The notes under the pieces were generated by a model. That model worked only from the letters and a program-made list of their open reading frames with translations, searched no databases and was not told the origin of the DNA. DNA of 64,000 bases from Vulcanimicrobiota bacterium (GTDB lineage Bacteria > Vulcanimicrobiota > Vulcanimicrobiia > Vulcanimicrobiales > Vulcanimicrobiaceae): assembly GCA_963812155.1 (NCBI GenBank), contig CAWETW010000003.1, positions 608,001-672,000 of the forward strand, read 5' to 3'. Made by a program: the position numbers and the translations under genes. Positions 62,395-64,000 of the stretch are shown here, one piece after another (within the stretch, counting starts at the first letter, position 1; each line of letters starts with the position of its first letter).

Positions 62395-62939
62395 CCCGGC
62401 GACTTCGCCGGTTCGTTGGAGAGGTCGAGCTCCAACACGGGAATGACGAGACGCCGCCGGAACGAGCGCGCGTCGACCACGCTGTACGTTCCCAGCGGTC
62501 GCGCGTAGAGTTGCAGCGAGAAGGCACTGTCGGTTGCGCTGGGGTTGCGGACGAGATGCAGTTCGGTGGGCGCCAGGCGATGGTCGAGGTCGCCGGCACG
62601 CAGATCGATTCGCTCGCGTTCGCGCAGCCGCACCACGTCCGTGTCGATTTCGCCTGCATCGCAGGCGTAGTTTTGCACGTCGAGCGCGCCCTCCAGCATC
62701 AGCACCCAACAGCGCGATGCGCCGTGGTCGTGAATCGGACTTACCGAGAGCGGCGCCCAATTCATCGCGACGATCTCGTACTCGGGAGCGATTGCCAGCC
62801 GTGTCCGGCTGTACGCGTGCGGGACGACCGGCAGCCGTTCGCGGTATGCGGCGAATGCTGTCGCAAAGCGCGTCATTTCGCGTGAGAATTCGCCGTCACC
62901 CATGACGTCCGCGAGAACGCGCGCGAGTTCGGCAGGCAT
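62391..62939 (-). CDS. Cysteine dioxygenase-like cupin
   Basis: YSRTRL, MNWAP..SPIHDHGASRCW, LHLV, SLQLY. Confidence 0.82.
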   Translation of the reverse strand: MPAELARVLADVMGDGEFSREMTRFATAFAAYRERLPVVPHAYSRTRLAIAPEYEIVAMNWAPLSVSPIHDHGASRCWVLMLEGALDVQNYACDAGEIDTDVVRLRERERIDLRAGDLDHRLAPTELHLVRNPSATDSAFSLQLYARPLGTYSVVDARSFRRRLVIPVLELDLSNEPAKSPG

Positions 62940-62993
62940 CGCCCGTCGAGTTCCGCACCGGGCCAAGGGGACCTGTAAGCGACCGCGTAAGGC

Positions 62994-63749
62994 GTGATCG
63001 TGCCTCCGATTCCGTTTCCCAAGCGAAGGGTTTCCCGCAGCGTCGCCCTCGCACAATTAGCGATTCTCGAACGCTCGTATCCCAATCCGCAGACCGCGCT
63101 CGATCATCGCAACGATTTCGAGTTGCTCGTCGCGGTCATTCTGTCGGCGCAGTGCACCGATGCGCGCGTGAATCTCACCACGCCGGCGCTGTTTGCTAAG
63201 TATCCGACCGCCGCGGCCTTGGCGCGCGCGCAACAGCCGGACGTCGAGAAGATCGTCAAGTCGTGCGGATTTTTCCGAATGAAGGCGCGCAACGTCATCG
63301 CTTGCGCACGCGATATCGAAGAGCGTTTCGGCGGAAGCGTACCCCGGGAGCGGGAGGAACTGGAGTCGCTGGCCGGCGTCGGCCGCAAGACGGCCAGCGT
63401 CGTGATGGCAAATGCGTTCGCGCAAGAGGCGCTGGCGGTCGACACCCACGTCTTTCGCGTTTCCCATCGCCTCGGTTTCACGACCGGTACGACCCCGCGT
63501 CAGGTCGAGGACGACCTCACCGCGCTCGTTCCCGCGCCGAAGTGGGGCGCCGCCACGCATTGGCTGATTCTGCACGGCCGCGCCATCTGCAAGGCGCCGA
63601 CGCCGCTATGTGGCCGCTGCCCGCTCGCGCAGCGTTGCCCGACGCCGGCGATACTGGCTAAAATCGTAGCGGTCCGGGCTCGTTCAAGTGGGCGGGTCGC
63701 GGAAGCTCGGCGTCCGACGCGAGCGACTTCAACAAAGAAGAAGCGGTAA
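62994..63749 (+). CDS. nth: Endonuclease III
   Basis: LVAVILSAQCTD, GVGRKTA, VDTHV, HGRAICKAPTPLCGRCPLAQRC. Confidence 0.94.
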   Translation: MIVPPIPFPKRRVSRSVALAQLAILERSYPNPQTALDHRNDFELLVAVILSAQCTDARVNLTTPALFAKYPTAAALARAQQPDVEKIVKSCGFFRMKARNVIACARDIEERFGGSVPREREELESLAGVGRKTASVVMANAFAQEALAVDTHVFRVSHRLGFTTGTTPRQVEDDLTALVPAPKWGAATHWLILHGRAICKAPTPLCGRCPLAQRCPTPAILAKIVAVRARSSGRVAEARRPTRATSTKKKR

Positions 63750-63957
63750 GGCGTTCGCCGTAGCCCGATTCGGTCGAGATTTTTGAAAGATTGATGAGCG
63801 CCGGGATCGCAGAAGCGGGATCGAATTGGTATTCGCCGTCGAGGTCCATGCCGCTTACGCGAACGGTTTGATGCACGTCGTCGAGCTCGAGCGAGACGCG
63901 CCGTCCGCGAAAGCGCAGGCGCACGCGCAGCGGCCGTTCGAGGCGAATCAACGTCAC
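63658..63957 (-). CDS. Hypothetical protein
   Basis: 99-aa ORF convergent with nth and overlapping its tail; no motif. Confidence 0.4.
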   Translation of the reverse strand: MTLIRLERPLRVRLRFRGRRVSLELDDVHQTVRVSGMDLDGEYQFDPASAIPALINLSKISTESGYGERLTASSLLKSLASDAELPRPAHLNEPGPLRF

Positions 63958-64000
63958 GCCGCTGCGGTCACCTAGAATCGAATTGAGGCGCTTGCATCCC

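Overview
A GC-rich bacterial chromosome segment, densely packed with housekeeping and metabolic genes. The style of its lipoproteins and hypothetical proteins suggests Vulcanimicrobiota/Eremiobacterota; this is an inference and was not checked. Gene content: an S45 penicillin-acylase-family gene (cut by the left edge), Rieske ferredoxin and sufB, polyamine genes (speD, speE, an Orn/Lys/Arg decarboxylase, MTA phosphorylase), gcvT-H-PA-PB plus lipA-lipB-lpdA, two cysteine-dioxygenase-like cupins, scpAB, many DNA repair genes (three HhH-GPD glycosylases, nfo, dinB, Nudix, and a reduced UvrD-like + Fe-S RecB-type nuclease pair), ubiX, ispE, pdxST, tmk/holB, an ECF sigma/anti-sigma pair, ychF, Glu/Leu dehydrogenase and an orphan RND pump. 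I found no tRNA, rRNA, transposase, prophage or CRISPR array. About 20 single-base frameshifts, mostly between 28 and 50 kb and often in homopolymers, are best explained as long-read assembly errors. The most interesting signals are non-coding or absent from the ORF track: (1) two inverted, covarying copies of a ~100-nt nested-hairpin element between scpB and nfo; (2) a 106-nt hairpin before speE that folds best on the minus strand; (3) a recurrent AGG-N19-21-AA promoter-like motif, sigma-H-like, in front of at least 14 genes; (4) a ~190-nt structured speD leader; (5) REP-like GCTCAGGRTGAC repeats; (6) perfect operator-like palindromes; (7) two small ORFs with good ribosome-binding sites.
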